This document shows positions 9,490 to 19,755 of a DNA stretch of 64,000 nucleotides, piece after piece. The stretch is from Candidatus Dojkabacteria bacterium (GTDB lineage: Bacteria; Patescibacteriota; Dojkabacteria; J137): positions 20,228-84,227 of the forward strand of contig JAUZRK010000003.1 in NCBI GenBank assembly GCA_030950485.1, given 5' to 3'. Every line of letters starts with the position of its first letter. Position 1 is the stretch's first letter. The notes under the pieces are model-generated. The model ran no database searches. It worked only from the letters and a program-made list of their open reading frames with translations, and was not told where the DNA came from. Both the position numbers and the translations under genes were made by a program.

Positions 9490-10353
9490 TTAAATAATTG
9501 TTTTATATTTCTTAAATTTATTCTTCGCAGGTCTTCTTTTAATGATAAACTTGCTACTTGGTTTCTTATCTTTTCTAGTTCTTGTTCCAACTTTATTACC
9601 CCATAAATCCTTTTTAGGTCCTCCAGTTCCGTGTCTACCACCTTTACCCTGTCCTCCACCATGAGGGTGTCCCCATGACATTGCTACTCCTCTTACTCCT
9701 GGTCTAATACCTTTATTTCTTCTTCTACCTGCTTTACCTAATTTTACATTCTTTTGATCTTGATTAGAAACTACACCTAATGTTGCAATACAAGTTTCTC
9801 TTACTAATCTATACTCACCACTTGGCATTTTCAATTGCACGTAACCTTTATCATTACCCATTACTTGTACATTTGTTCCAGCAGATCTTGCAATTAAAGC
9901 GCCTCTACCTGGATACATTTCTACAGCATGTACAAAAGATCCTTGTGGAATATTCTTTAATGGCATAGCATTACCTCCTTTAATTGGAGCCTCTTCACTA
10001 CTCAGTACTTCATCACCAATATTTAAACCATCTGGAGCTAAAATATATCTCCTCTCTCCATCGACATATTTTATTAGAGCTATGAAAGCTGTTCTATTTG
10101 GATCATACTCTAATGTTTCTACTACTCCTTTTATATCAGTTTTATCTCTCTTAAAGTCTATTATTCTATATAATTTCTTTACAGCTCCACCTCTATGTCT
10201 TATTGTAATTTTACCTTTATGATTTCTTCCTCCTGAATTTTTTATAACAGAAGTTAAGGCCTTTGGAGGTCTTGTTTTACTTAGGTGTGACTTATCAACT
10301 AATGTTGTATGTCTAAGCGTTGGTGTTGTTGGTTTGAATTTCTTTAAAGCCAT
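9490..10353 (-). CDS. rplB: 50S ribosomal protein L2
   Basis: GGRNHKG, EYDPNR, GKAGR, VRGVAM. Confidence 0.98.
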   Translation of the reverse strand: MALKKFKPTTPTLRHTTLVDKSHLSKTRPPKALTSVIKNSGGRNHKGKITIRHRGGAVKKLYRIIDFKRDKTDIKGVVETLEYDPNRTAFIALIKYVDGERRYILAPDGLNIGDEVLSSEEAPIKGGNAMPLKNIPQGSFVHAVEMYPGRGALIARSAGTNVQVMGNDKGYVQLKMPSGEYRLVRETCIATLGVVSNQDQKNVKLGKAGRRRNKGIRPGVRGVAMSWGHPHGGGQGKGGRHGTGGPKKDLWGNKVGTRTRKDKKPSSKFIIKRRPAKNKFKKYKTII

Positions 10354-10358
10354 TATTT

Positions 10359-10640
10359 CTATTGTTCAAAAATTGAAATTTTATTTCCTGATTTTAATTT
10401 AAAAAGCATTATTTTCATGTCAGCACTTTTTCTAATTTGCTTTCTTACATTCCAGTCAGTTTTCTTTTTACCTAGTCTATTTATTACCCAAGCTTTCTCT
10501 ACTTCAACTTGATATATTTCCTCTAAAGCTTTACTAGCTGTGATCTTATTTGCATCAAAAGAAACTTCGAAAGTAACTTTATTTTGATTCTTATATAAGC
10601 TTAGAGTTTTTTCAGTTACTATAGGTTTTTTAATAGTCAT
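10359..10640 (-). CDS. rplW: 50S ribosomal protein L23
   Basis: KPIVTEK; synteny. Confidence 0.92.
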   Translation of the reverse strand: MTIKKPIVTEKTLSLYKNQNKVTFEVSFDANKITASKALEEIYQVEVEKAWVINRLGKKKTDWNVRKQIRKSADMKIMLFKLKSGNKISIFEQ

Positions 10641-10641
10641 T

Positions 10642-11271
10642 TTATTTACTTAGTTTCTTATTTAAAAGTTCTACTGCTTCTTTCTCAATTACTATTAAAC
10701 CTCCGTTTAAAATATCATAAGCGTTTAACTCACCGATAAACCTAACATGAGATTTTTGAATATTTGAGAATGAATTTATCAATGTTTTATTAACTTCAGC
10801 AGTTATTATAGTCATCTTATTTGGATTCTCAAAAGCAGACTTAACTTCCAATGCTTGTTTTGTCATTGGACTTTTCTCGTCTATAACTATTGAATCAACA
10901 ACTTTCATATCAGTTGCTAATTTTGAACTCAATGCATTTCTCATTGCTGATTTTAAAAATGATTTATTCATTTTCTTCTTCCAATTTCTTTCATTTGTAG
11001 GTCCAAATGCAACACCTCCTTTTCTCCAAATAGGATTTCTAGAAGAACCAAATCTAGCTCTACCAGTACCTTTTTGTCTCCAAGGTTTTGCTCCACCTCC
11101 CCTTACTTCAGATCTATCTTTTGTATGAGCATTTGACTGCCTTTGATTGGATAAATATGAATATACGTACTGTGAAATAACTTTATCATTTACTTCAACA
11201 CCAAATACTGAATCATCAATATCCATTTTTTCTAATTCTACTCCTTTTTGATTATAAACAGCTACTTTCAT
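10642..11271 (-). CDS. rplD: 50S ribosomal protein L4
   Basis: RGGGAKPWRQKGTGRAR, GGVAFGP. Confidence 0.98.
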   Translation of the reverse strand: MKVAVYNQKGVELEKMDIDDSVFGVEVNDKVISQYVYSYLSNQRQSNAHTKDRSEVRGGGAKPWRQKGTGRARFGSSRNPIWRKGGVAFGPTNERNWKKKMNKSFLKSAMRNALSSKLATDMKVVDSIVIDEKSPMTKQALEVKSAFENPNKMTIITAEVNKTLINSFSNIQKSHVRFIGELNAYDILNGGLIVIEKEAVELLNKKLSK

Positions 11272-11286
11272 ATTAATTTCTTAACT

Positions 11287-11919
11287 CTATTTCTTATTAA
11301 AAAAAGATTCTTTTATAATTACATATGTACCATTAGCTCCTGGTATTGAACCAGATACTGCTATCAATCCATTATCTACATCTACATCTTCAATTCTTAG
11401 TTTCTTTATTGTCCTTTGTACAGCTCCCATTCTTCCAGCCATTTTTTTACCTTTATAAACTCTACCAGGTGTTGTACCTGAACCAATAGAACCTGGTGCT
11501 CTGTCTCTATCAGATTGTCCATGAGTTCTCTTACCTCCTTTAAAACCCCATCTTTTCATTACTCCTTGAAAACCTTTTCCTTTTGTCTTTGCAGTAACAT
11601 CAACTATATCTCCTACTACAAAAATTTCAGGCTTAATTTCATCTCCTACTTTAATCTCACCTCCAACTCCTAAATCTTTTTTAAATGCAACTTTATATTT
11701 AGGAACGAATCCTAATTCTTTATAGTTACCTTCATCAGATTTTCTAGTATTTTTAACTTTACTACTAAAACCTAATTCGATGTGTGTAATATTATCACCA
11801 TCAGTTAGTAATTTAGAGATGACATTATTAGATACATCGATTACTGTAACTGCTGACTGGGTACCATCTTCTTTGAAGATTTGTGTCATACCTATTTTTT
11901 TACCAAGAATCCTTTTCAT
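11287..11919 (-). CDS. rplC: 50S ribosomal protein L3
   Basis: GKKIGMTQ, KGKGFQG, RAPGSIG, KMAGRMG. Confidence 0.98.
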   Translation of the reverse strand: MKRILGKKIGMTQIFKEDGTQSAVTVIDVSNNVISKLLTDGDNITHIELGFSSKVKNTRKSDEGNYKELGFVPKYKVAFKKDLGVGGEIKVGDEIKPEIFVVGDIVDVTAKTKGKGFQGVMKRWGFKGGKRTHGQSDRDRAPGSIGSGTTPGRVYKGKKMAGRMGAVQRTIKKLRIEDVDVDNGLIAVSGSIPGANGTYVIIKESFFNKK

Positions 11920-11968
11920 ATTTTTTTTAAAGGTTTACTTATCTTTCTTATATAAACAAGTTATATAT

Positions 11969-12268
11969 TTAGTTAATTTTAATACCAACACCTGCAGGTA
12001 ATTGCATATGTGTTAGTGTTTCTATTGTTTTTGCGTTAGGCTCCAGTATATCTACTAATCTAGTATGTACTGTTTGACCATAGTGTTCTTTAGATTGAGC
12101 ATCGATATGTGGTCCTTTGTGAACTGCTACCATCCATTTACTGTTAGGTAGTGGAACAGGGCCTTTTATCTTAGCACCAGTTTCTAAAACTGCATCACAA
12201 ATTTGTTCTGTAGCTTTATCTACTACTCTATGATCGTATCCTTTTATTTTAACTCTTATCTTTTGCAT
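11969..12268 (-). CDS. rpsJ: 30S ribosomal protein S10
   Basis: GPVPLP, PH...SKEH, LPAGV. Confidence 0.96.
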   Translation of the reverse strand: MQKIRVKIKGYDHRVVDKATEQICDAVLETGAKIKGPVPLPNSKWMVAVHKGPHIDAQSKEHYGQTVHTRLVDILEPNAKTIETLTHMQLPAGVGIKIN

Positions 12269-12315
12269 ATTATTTAGAATTAAAACTCATTTAAAGAGCG
12301 TTTATTTATAACTTA

Positions 12316-12338
12316 CCCCCAAGCATAAAGCTTGGGGG
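12316..12338 (-). other. Stable hairpin between tuf and rpsJ (partial terminator or mRNA stabiliser)
   Basis: CCCCCAAGC-ataaa-GCTTGGGGG 9-bp stem; no strong U tract on the coding strand. Confidence 0.55.
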
Positions 12339-12355
12339 GGATAATTTTATCAAGA

Positions 12356-13549
12356 TTATTCAACAATTTCAATTACTACACCTGCACCTACTGTTCTACC
12401 ACCTTCTCTAATAGCGAATGTCATTTGTTCTTCAATTGCTGTCTTACTCATTAGTTCAACAGTAACTGTAACATTATCACCAGGCATTACTAATTGAGCA
12501 TCACCTTCTAGATAGATTGAACCAGTTACATCAGCAGTTCTTATATAGAACTGTGGTTTATAACCAGAACCAAATCCAGTAGCTCTACCTCCTTCTTCTT
12601 TAGAAAGAACATATAATTCTGCTTTAAACTTTGTATGAGGTTTAATAGAACCCTTAGCAGATAATACTTGTCCTCTTTTAATTTCATCTCTCTTAATTCC
12701 TCTTAGTAAGATACCTACATTATCACCAGCTTGACCTTGCCCTAGTGATTTCTTAAACATCTCAACTCCAGTAACTGTTACATTTTTAATATCTTCTGCG
12801 TCACCAACTTGATCTAATATATCATTAACTTTTACAACTCCTCTCTCTATTCTTCCTGTAGCAACTGTACCTCTTCCTTCGATAGAGAATACATCTTCAA
12901 CAGGCATTAAGAATGGTTTATCTAATTCTCTAGCTGGCTCTGGAATTGTCTCATCCATTGTTGCTAGTAATTTAGCCATACCTTCATCTCCATCTTTTTC
13001 ACCAGTTGCTCCATAAAGAGCACTTGCTACTACAAATGGAACTTTTTCTGCGTCGTATCCGTATTTTGTAAGGATATCTTTTACTTCTTCTTTAATCAAC
13101 TCTAATAGATCTTCATCTTGATCATCATCAAATCTGTTTATAAATACCACTAAGTGCTCAACTCCAACTTGCTTAGCTAGTAGAACGTGTTCTCTAGTTT
13201 GTGGCATTGGTCCGTCAGCAGCTGATACAACTAATATAGCACCATCCATCTGAGCTGCTCCAGTAATCATATTCTTAATATAATCCTTGTGTCCTGGACA
13301 GTCAATATGAGCGTAGTGTCTGTTTTCTGATTCGTATTCAACATGAGAAGAAGCAACTGTTACAATTTTATTTGAACCAGCTCTTGCAATTCCTCCTTTA
13401 GCAATATCTTCGTAATTCTTTCCACTTTCTGTCCACCCTTTTCTTCCTGAGTATGCAACTAATGCTGCAGTTAATGTTGTCTTTCCGTGGTCAATGTGAC
13501 CTAAAGTGCCTACGTTAACGTGAGGCTTTGTTCTTTGAAAATCTGCCAT
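12356..13549 (-). CDS. tuf: Elongation factor Tu (divergent switch I)
   Basis: [39 protein letters not shown]. Confidence 0.98.
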   Translation of the reverse strand: MADFQRTKPHVNVGTLGHIDHGKTTLTAALVAYSGRKGWTESGKNYEDIAKGGIARAGSNKIVTVASSHVEYESENRHYAHIDCPGHKDYIKNMITGAAQMDGAILVVSAADGPMPQTREHVLLAKQVGVEHLVVFINRFDDDQDEDLLELIKEEVKDILTKYGYDAEKVPFVVASALYGATGEKDGDEGMAKLLATMDETIPEPARELDKPFLMPVEDVFSIEGRGTVATGRIERGVVKVNDILDQVGDAEDIKNVTVTGVEMFKKSLGQGQAGDNVGILLRGIKRDEIKRGQVLSAKGSIKPHTKFKAELYVLSKEEGGRATGFGSGYKPQFYIRTADVTGSIYLEGDAQLVMPGDNVTVTVELMSKTAIEEQMTFAIREGGRTVGAGVVIEIVE

Positions 13550-13600
13550 GTTGAATTTAAATAATAAATTAAAGTTATATATTTCCTGTTGGTAACAAAG

Positions 13601-13609
13601 AGTATAGCA
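13601..13609 (-). promoter_or_regulatory. Putative extended -10 promoter of tuf operon
   Basis: Minus strand TGcTATACT about 50 nt upstream of tuf; no fusA upstream, so tuf needs its own promoter or read-through. Confidence 0.45.
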
Positions 13610-13811
13610 ATTTTTTTTTATAATTTAAAACCCTATAATCTTTTCTATTTGGTGAATTCCAACTTCAAATCTAAAATTGGTTCTTCGGATTATCCCAGCT
13701 TTACTCTAGAAAATCAACCCCTAAAGCATAAAAAAAATATTTAACGGGCTTTTATATATATAAATAAGATATACAATAGAAACAACTTAATCCTATCTAT
13801 AGATAATAATT

Positions 13812-14666
13812 TCAAGAATTAACATATTCTCCCTTCACATAGCTGCCTAATATTTTTAGCTTCTCGACATAACTAGACAACTCTTTTAATGCATTATTAA
13901 GTGCTTCATCAGCCATACCTGCTGCAACATCCACATAAAACCTATACTCCCAGTCTGTTCCTATAACAGGCCTACTTTCTATTTTAGTTAGAGATAAATC
14001 TCTATCAGCAAAAGCTCTAAGAGTCTTATATAATGAACCCGCTTCTGACCCTAGAGTAAATTGAAAAGTAGTCTTGTAACCATTATCTTCATTATTGACT
14101 ATTCTTTTTATTTCTCCTTCATCTTCTGGTCTACTAATCACATAAAATCGAGTATAATTTTTTGGGTTCTCATGAATGTTGTCTTCAAGTATCTCAAGAT
14201 TGTAAACTTTTGCCGCCATCTTACTAGCGCAGCCTGCTGATGTAATCATATTATTTTCAGCTACCATCTTTACTGAGCCTGCAGTATCTTCATGCTCATG
14301 AAATTTGATTTCTGGATGAGCCAGTTCAAATGGTTTTATTTGACCTCTTGCTACAGGGTGTACATAAATATCAGTTATGTCTTTAAGAAGTTTCCCTTTA
14401 TGGCCAATCAAATGAAAGTTAACTTTAACGTAAACTTCTCCAACCAATGAAACTGAGTAATTAGTAATATTGTCATAATTTTGATAAATAGATCCATATG
14501 TTGAGTTTTCAATTGGCACAACAGTAACGTCAGCAAGCCCTGATTTCAAATCTTCAAATACCTCTCTAAACGAACCTCGTTGAAGAAGATCAATTTCAGA
14601 TCCAAAGACTTGATCCGCAGCAATGTGCGAATAAGATGCTAAATTCCCTTGTATAGATACTTTCAT
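13812..14666 (-). CDS. pheA: Prephenate dehydratase (PDT + ACT), copy 1
   Basis: QG..ASYS, VPIENS..G, HPVA..Q, NYTRF, LTKIESRP..WEY.FY.D. Confidence 0.92.
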   Translation of the reverse strand: MKVSIQGNLASYSHIAADQVFGSEIDLLQRGSFREVFEDLKSGLADVTVVPIENSTYGSIYQNYDNITNYSVSLVGEVYVKVNFHLIGHKGKLLKDITDIYVHPVARGQIKPFELAHPEIKFHEHEDTAGSVKMVAENNMITSAGCASKMAAKVYNLEILEDNIHENPKNYTRFYVISRPEDEGEIKRIVNNEDNGYKTTFQFTLGSEAGSLYKTLRAFADRDLSLTKIESRPVIGTDWEYRFYVDVAAGMADEALNNALKELSSYVEKLKILGSYVKGEYVNS

Positions 14667-15838
14667 AATATTTCTGATAATTTTTTAATACCTTCATCTA
14701 TGCTCTTTAAATCAGGACTAGAAAAATTTAGTCTTAATTTATTCTTCCCATCTAATTTATTGGGAGTAAATAAAGTTCCTGGCACAAATGATACACCATT
14801 ATTAATTGCTTTTTTATAAATTAGATCAGAATCTATATCGTTCTCTCCTTGTAACCAAATAAACATACCCCCTTCAGGTTCTGCGTAACTATAACTCTCA
14901 GGTAAGTATTTATTCAAAGCTTCGACCATTATATCCTTTCTCACTTTATATATTGAGCTCATCTTTTTAACATTAGTATAGAATCTTTCATTGTCTAATA
15001 TTTCTACAACCACATTTTGAGCTAATACATTTGCATGAACATCAACTGAAAATCTCATTGCGTTTATTTGATCTATCAATTCAAACGGACCTGTATAAAA
15101 CCCTACCCTTAGTCCTGGCCCTATAGATTTAGAAAATGTTCCTAAATAAATTACGTTCTCAGCAGCTAAAGAGTATATGCTATTTATCTGCTTATCATTA
15201 AAGTTAATGTGTCCATACGGATCATCTTCAAGTACAATTAAATCATTGTATTTAATGATCTTTGCTAAAGCAGTCCTTCTTTGCTCAGACAAGGTATAAC
15301 CAGATGGATTTTGAAAAGTAGGAATCAAGTAAGTTAACTTAACATCATACTTCTCTATAAGTCTCTCATACTCACTAATTATTATCCCTTCAGAGTCCAT
15401 AGGTATAGGTACTATCTGTGCTTTACAACTTTGCATTGACTGTAAGGCTGCAAGAAAAGTACACTCTTCTACAAGCACAACATCCCCTTCATCTAAAAAA
15501 GCTTTACAAACTGTATCGATAGTTACTTGACTACCTGAAGAAATGCCTACACTTCTAGAATCAATCTCCAAATTTTGTGTTCTCTTTAAAAACCTTGCAA
15601 CGGCTTCTCTAAGTTGTGGAATCCCATTACTAAAACTATAGTTCATTAGTGATAAATCATTTTTTCCTAGAACCTTATCTACTGACTCTTTAAATAGTTC
15701 ATAATCAAGAGACTCTGCCGCTGGATGACCAGCTGCTAGTGAAATAAGATTGTCTACACCAAAGGTGCTTAAGCTATCACGAACAATCTTAGAGTCCATC
15801 AACCTATTTCTTTCTGATAACTTTTTAATATAATTCAT
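14663..15838 (-). CDS. PLP-dependent class I aminotransferase (LysN/ARO8-like), probable aromatic aminotransferase
   Basis: ISLAAGHP, IPTFQNPSG, EDDPY, GTFSKSIGPGLRVG, PEGGMFIW, LRLNFS. Confidence 0.9.
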   Translation of the reverse strand: MNYIKKLSERNRLMDSKIVRDSLSTFGVDNLISLAAGHPAAESLDYELFKESVDKVLGKNDLSLMNYSFSNGIPQLREAVARFLKRTQNLEIDSRSVGISSGSQVTIDTVCKAFLDEGDVVLVEECTFLAALQSMQSCKAQIVPIPMDSEGIIISEYERLIEKYDVKLTYLIPTFQNPSGYTLSEQRRTALAKIIKYNDLIVLEDDPYGHINFNDKQINSIYSLAAENVIYLGTFSKSIGPGLRVGFYTGPFELIDQINAMRFSVDVHANVLAQNVVVEILDNERFYTNVKKMSSIYKVRKDIMVEALNKYLPESYSYAEPEGGMFIWLQGENDIDSDLIYKKAINNGVSFVPGTLFTPNKLDGKNKLRLNFSSPDLKSIDEGIKKLSEIL

Positions 15839-15847
15839 ATGTATTTT

Positions 15848-16678
15848 CTACTTATTTAATTTATTTCTATATCTTCCTATAATTGAATATTCTATTGTAC
15901 ATTTATCTAATATTGTTTTCAAACCTATCTCAGTTGATGAATCTACAAGCATGTCTATCCAAAAAGCATATTCCCAATTTGTATCTGGGATTGGCCTTGA
16001 TTCAATCTTTGTTAGCGATATGCCTATACCTCCGATACTAGTCAAAAGATTCGCTAGTGATCCAGCAGAGTGCGATACTCTATATATAACGGATATTTTC
16101 TTATAGTCTTTAGCTGACTCCTCAACTTCAAATACATTATTACTAACAAATATAAATCTTGTAACATTATTAGAGTAGTTGCCTATATTTTCTATAAGAA
16201 TTTTTAAGCCTTTTTTCTTTGCAAGCTCAGCTGAACCAATACAAGCTTTAGTCTTATCTTTTAACTTCAGAATATCCTCAGCACCCGCAGCAGTACTTTT
16301 AGATTCGTTAACTCCATACCCTCTTTCATTAATCATTTCAGAACACTGAGCTATAGCTTTGGGATGAGAATATACTTCTTTAATATCTTTGATCTCGGCG
16401 CCTTCTAAAACTATGAGATTTAAAACTATATCCATATTTGCTTCGCCTACTATCCTAAGCTCTTTCTTGAACATAAAATCTATATTTACATGTACTGTAG
16501 AAGTAATTGAATTCTCGATCGGTAAAACTCCAATGGTATTAGAATTAGTTATACACCTCTTTACAATTTCGTTAAAATTGTCTGATGGTTCTAAATTATA
16601 ATCGTTAGAATCAAAACATTTAGAAGAAATAATTCCAGAATAACTTTGTTTTGGTCCTAAATAATATACTGTTTTCAT
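15848..16678 (-). CDS. pheA: Prephenate dehydratase (PDT + ACT), copy 2
   Basis: YLGPKQSYS, LPIENS, SHPKAIAQC, NVTRF, LTKIESRP..WEYAFWID. Confidence 0.9.
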   Translation of the reverse strand: MKTVYYLGPKQSYSGIISSKCFDSNDYNLEPSDNFNEIVKRCITNSNTIGVLPIENSITSTVHVNIDFMFKKELRIVGEANMDIVLNLIVLEGAEIKDIKEVYSHPKAIAQCSEMINERGYGVNESKSTAAGAEDILKLKDKTKACIGSAELAKKKGLKILIENIGNYSNNVTRFIFVSNNVFEVEESAKDYKKISVIYRVSHSAGSLANLLTSIGGIGISLTKIESRPIPDTNWEYAFWIDMLVDSSTEIGLKTILDKCTIEYSIIGRYRNKLNK

Positions 16679-17439
16679 TCTTCTTTAAGTCTTAATTGTT
16701 TGTTAGATATTTGAGACATAGTCTCTTCTATTGACATCTTTATTTTGTCAAACTGTTTACTACAGAATGGATTAAAGTTATACATATCCTCAGTAATCTC
16801 CATATCAGCACCGATCCTTTCTACAAAATCGTGCATTCTTGATGCTGATACTGTGTCAATTTCAGTCCTCTTCATACTCAATGTTTTAAGCACATGAGAA
16901 ATAGTTAGAGTAGTAAAGTGAAATTCTGAGGCTAGTTCATCATGTCTTTCTGCTGAGATTTCTACAATTTTGTTTTTTAGCTTAATAAATATATCCTTTA
17001 CTATATTGTAAATCTCCTCACTTGCGTTAATATTTTCAATCACAATATTAAAACCCTCTACAGAATTATTATTATGTTTATAAGACTCTGGCCCATACAT
17101 TGGATGGGTACAAATTTTCATTACTTCTACCGGAAGCTCTTTAATCATAATTTTTTTGGGATAAGATTTAATAGAACAAACATCTATAAATATTGAATCA
17201 TTATCTATATACTTTGCTACTTCCCTAGTAACTTTTTCAAATGCTTTTATTGGCACTGATGGAATGACAATGTCGCATTTACAAGCATCTTCAAAATCAA
17301 AAAAGTCTTTGTTATCAATTTTCTTTGACCTTGAAGAAAATTTAATTTGGACATCTACAATTACATCTTCAAACATTGTTTTTAATAGTTTCGAAAACTT
17401 TCCATATCCTATTATCCCTATTGTTTTAATTTCCTTCAT
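16675..17439 (-). CDS. tyrA: Prephenate/arogenate dehydrogenase (TyrA family)
   Basis: IGIIGYGKF Rossmann motif, DVCSIK, THPMYGP, HD. Confidence 0.88.
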   Translation of the reverse strand: MKEIKTIGIIGYGKFSKLLKTMFEDVIVDVQIKFSSRSKKIDNKDFFDFEDACKCDIVIPSVPIKAFEKVTREVAKYIDNDSIFIDVCSIKSYPKKIMIKELPVEVMKICTHPMYGPESYKHNNNSVEGFNIVIENINASEEIYNIVKDIFIKLKNKIVEISAERHDELASEFHFTTLTISHVLKTLSMKRTEIDTVSASRMHDFVERIGADMEITEDMYNFNPFCSKQFDKIKMSIEETMSQISNKQLRLKEE

Positions 17440-17707
17440 CTTCTCTAGTTTTTAAAATAAAGTCATGAATTGTGTTCATTAAATCTGAGATTAACTCTTT
17501 GTCAACTCCAACTTTTGCAGCTAGATCTTTTTTCGACTTCAAAACCTCTTCCCATCTTCCTGGAGCATGAGATGGCATACCAGCATCCTGCTTTGTATCC
17601 CAAGCTCTAGAAGCCGCATTTAATCTTTCTGCAACCCAACAAACGGACATATTATCTAATAGATCTATTGAGTCTCTTAATTGTTTTAGTTTTTCTTCTT
17701 GTGTCAT
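17426..17707 (-). CDS. Chorismate mutase, AroQ type
   Basis: LKQLRDSIDLLD...AERL...K...RWEEVL; 93 aa; operon context. Confidence 0.82.
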   Translation of the reverse strand: MTQEEKLKQLRDSIDLLDNMSVCWVAERLNAASRAWDTKQDAGMPSHAPGRWEEVLKSKKDLAAKVGVDKELISDLMNTIHDFILKTREDEGN

Positions 17708-17735
17708 ATTATTTAATAATTAATAAGTTATATAA

Positions 17736-19603
17736 TTAAAATTCTATTCCCCCTTTTATATTCTCAGTGTTATTTCTTATTAGGAAGAGTCTCTTTAAAA
17801 ACTCAACTATCCCTAAATCTTCATTACTCCAATAATAAATCATTGCCCACAGATTGCCCTTATTTGCTGCTATTTCTGCTGAATCCCACTCTCGACCTTT
17901 TGTATCCATATTAAATTTTGCTTTCAGACTTCCAACTATCCTATTCAACATACCTCTCAAACCTTCTACAGCTGGTCTCTCAGAGGAAGCAATAGCATAT
18001 GTTGCCATATTAGCGTTTGGTATATCAGTTCTTGATTCCTCTAAGTCTGTCAAAGGATCTTTACCCGTATATCTTATATTTGGGTCATTCATAATTACTC
18101 TTCTCTCCCATACGTCTTTTCTGCTAAATAAGTAGCTCCATCTTCACCTTGCTTAAGCCTTCTACCTGTACCCATTATTAGGTCAACTCCACCCCTACAA
18201 ATATCGGGGAGTGATGATAGTGATGTCATATTTTTTATTATTGAGTCATATTAATTAACAAGCATTTGGATCAATTCATTGTCTTTATCTAAATCTAGAT
18301 TATGAGCCATTGTAGCCAGTTCCAAAAGTTGATCTGCAGTTAATCTTAAATTTCCTACCCATGCTCTGCCATTTACAAACTGAGTCGAAACAGTTCTAAT
18401 AACTCCCCCCATTCTAATATGAGCTGATAGAAGACCGTATCTGAGCTTTTCAATTTCGCCATTATCCATTTTTATATATATTTCATCTGGTATTACAGCT
18501 TCTTCAATTACGAATCCTCTAAAGTCGGGGTTTTTACTATATTCATCTATAATCAGTTTACTAATTGCTTCAACCTTAGAATTAATATCACCGAACTCCC
18601 ACATAAAAACCTCTACACCATCTCCGTCTGTCCCAAGCCTTCTTTTTAAAACTACATCTGCAACATTATGCTTTTTATGCATTATTCTCAATGTTCCTCT
18701 AATATATAGATTTAATTCCTCAATAGTCATATCACTATCTAGTTCAAGGCAAAACCCTAAACCAAGAGCAAGATCTTCAGGGTTACCACCTGCCGCAGAA
18801 ACTCTTTGATATATTTCGGACTTAGTTTTATCTGGCAGGTTATTTGAATACATTATTTCTTCAGCAGTTTTACTAGATATATCATTTATCTCTTCCCTGA
18901 GGAGTTTAGGATATAAATTTCCCTTATCTATTAATTTAGCCGACTCTGGACCATTAGCCATTACAAACAGTGGAACTCCAACTTCTTGACTTAAGTAAGA
19001 TATAATTATTTTCATTTCAAGATCAAGGTGATACAGATCAATAGCAATATTTTCCTTTCCAAGCTCTTCTATTAAAGTGGCTATCACTTGAGAACCTTGA
19101 GTTTTTAAATTATCTTTATGATCTCTCATAGCCAGTAAAATACTGTGAGAAGTGTAATACATTTCTTCATTACCTATTTTTAATTGTATTCCCTTGTATT
19201 GATCTCCATCTGCTCTAGGGTACCCTTCTCTCCCAGAAAGAACGGTAATGTCACCCTCAGCCTTAGACATGTAGGTTCTCTGAGTACAGACTGAATTAAT
19301 ATCTATTCCCATTTTAGTTGCAACATCGATTTCATGATGATTCATGTCCCTTGTCCCTGAGGCTATAGATAAAGTCCTCCTAGGTGAAATACCAGCTAAA
19401 TGACTATCTATATTTCTTCTACTTAAAGGTATCATTGCTTGCTGACTTAAATGTATATCTAAACTATTCATTAATTCTTCTCCAAGTAATTCCTCACCTA
19501 TTGCCTCTACTCCGCTGTTTGTCAAAACTATTAAGCTACCTCCTTCTTCGCCAAAGGAGAGTCTATCGTATTCTTCTCCAATTTGTAAATTTTCTATAGC
19601 CAT
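17736..19603 (-). pseudogene. ATP-grasp ligase-like protein of about 620 aa, interrupted (in-frame TAA at 18251-18253 and frameshift near 18120)
   Basis: VVLKRRLGTDGDGV and FVIEEAV in ORF 18251-19603; reading through TAA gives RGGVDLIM; adding one A in a poly-A run joins VIMNDPNIRYTG of ORF 17736-18092. Confidence 0.6.
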
Positions 19604-19624
19604 AAAAATATATATTATAAAGAT

Positions 19625-19649
19625 AAAAAAAATCCCCTTTCGGGGATTT
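19625..19649 (-). terminator. Attenuator terminator hairpin
   Basis: Minus strand AAATCCCC-GAAA-GGGGATTTTTTTT, about 20 nt upstream of the ATP-grasp start. Confidence 0.92.
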
Positions 19650-19683
19650 ATATGTTTTTCTACTAGATATGCAAAAACAACCC

Positions 19684-19749
19684 CTAATTAGGATTTCCAA
19701 AAAAGTAAAAGAAAAAATAGTTTTGGTTTGTTTTTGTTTTATTATTCAC
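19684..19749 (-). CDS. Phe/Tyr-rich attenuation leader peptide MNNKTKTNQNYFFFYFFGNPN (pheL-like; not in ORF track)
   Basis: GTG start, seven consecutive Phe/Tyr codons, TAG stop; followed by alternative hairpins and terminator; upstream of Phe/Tyr genes. Confidence 0.88.
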   Translation of the reverse strand: MNNKTKTNQNYFFFYFFGNPN

Positions 19750-19755
19750 GAACTG

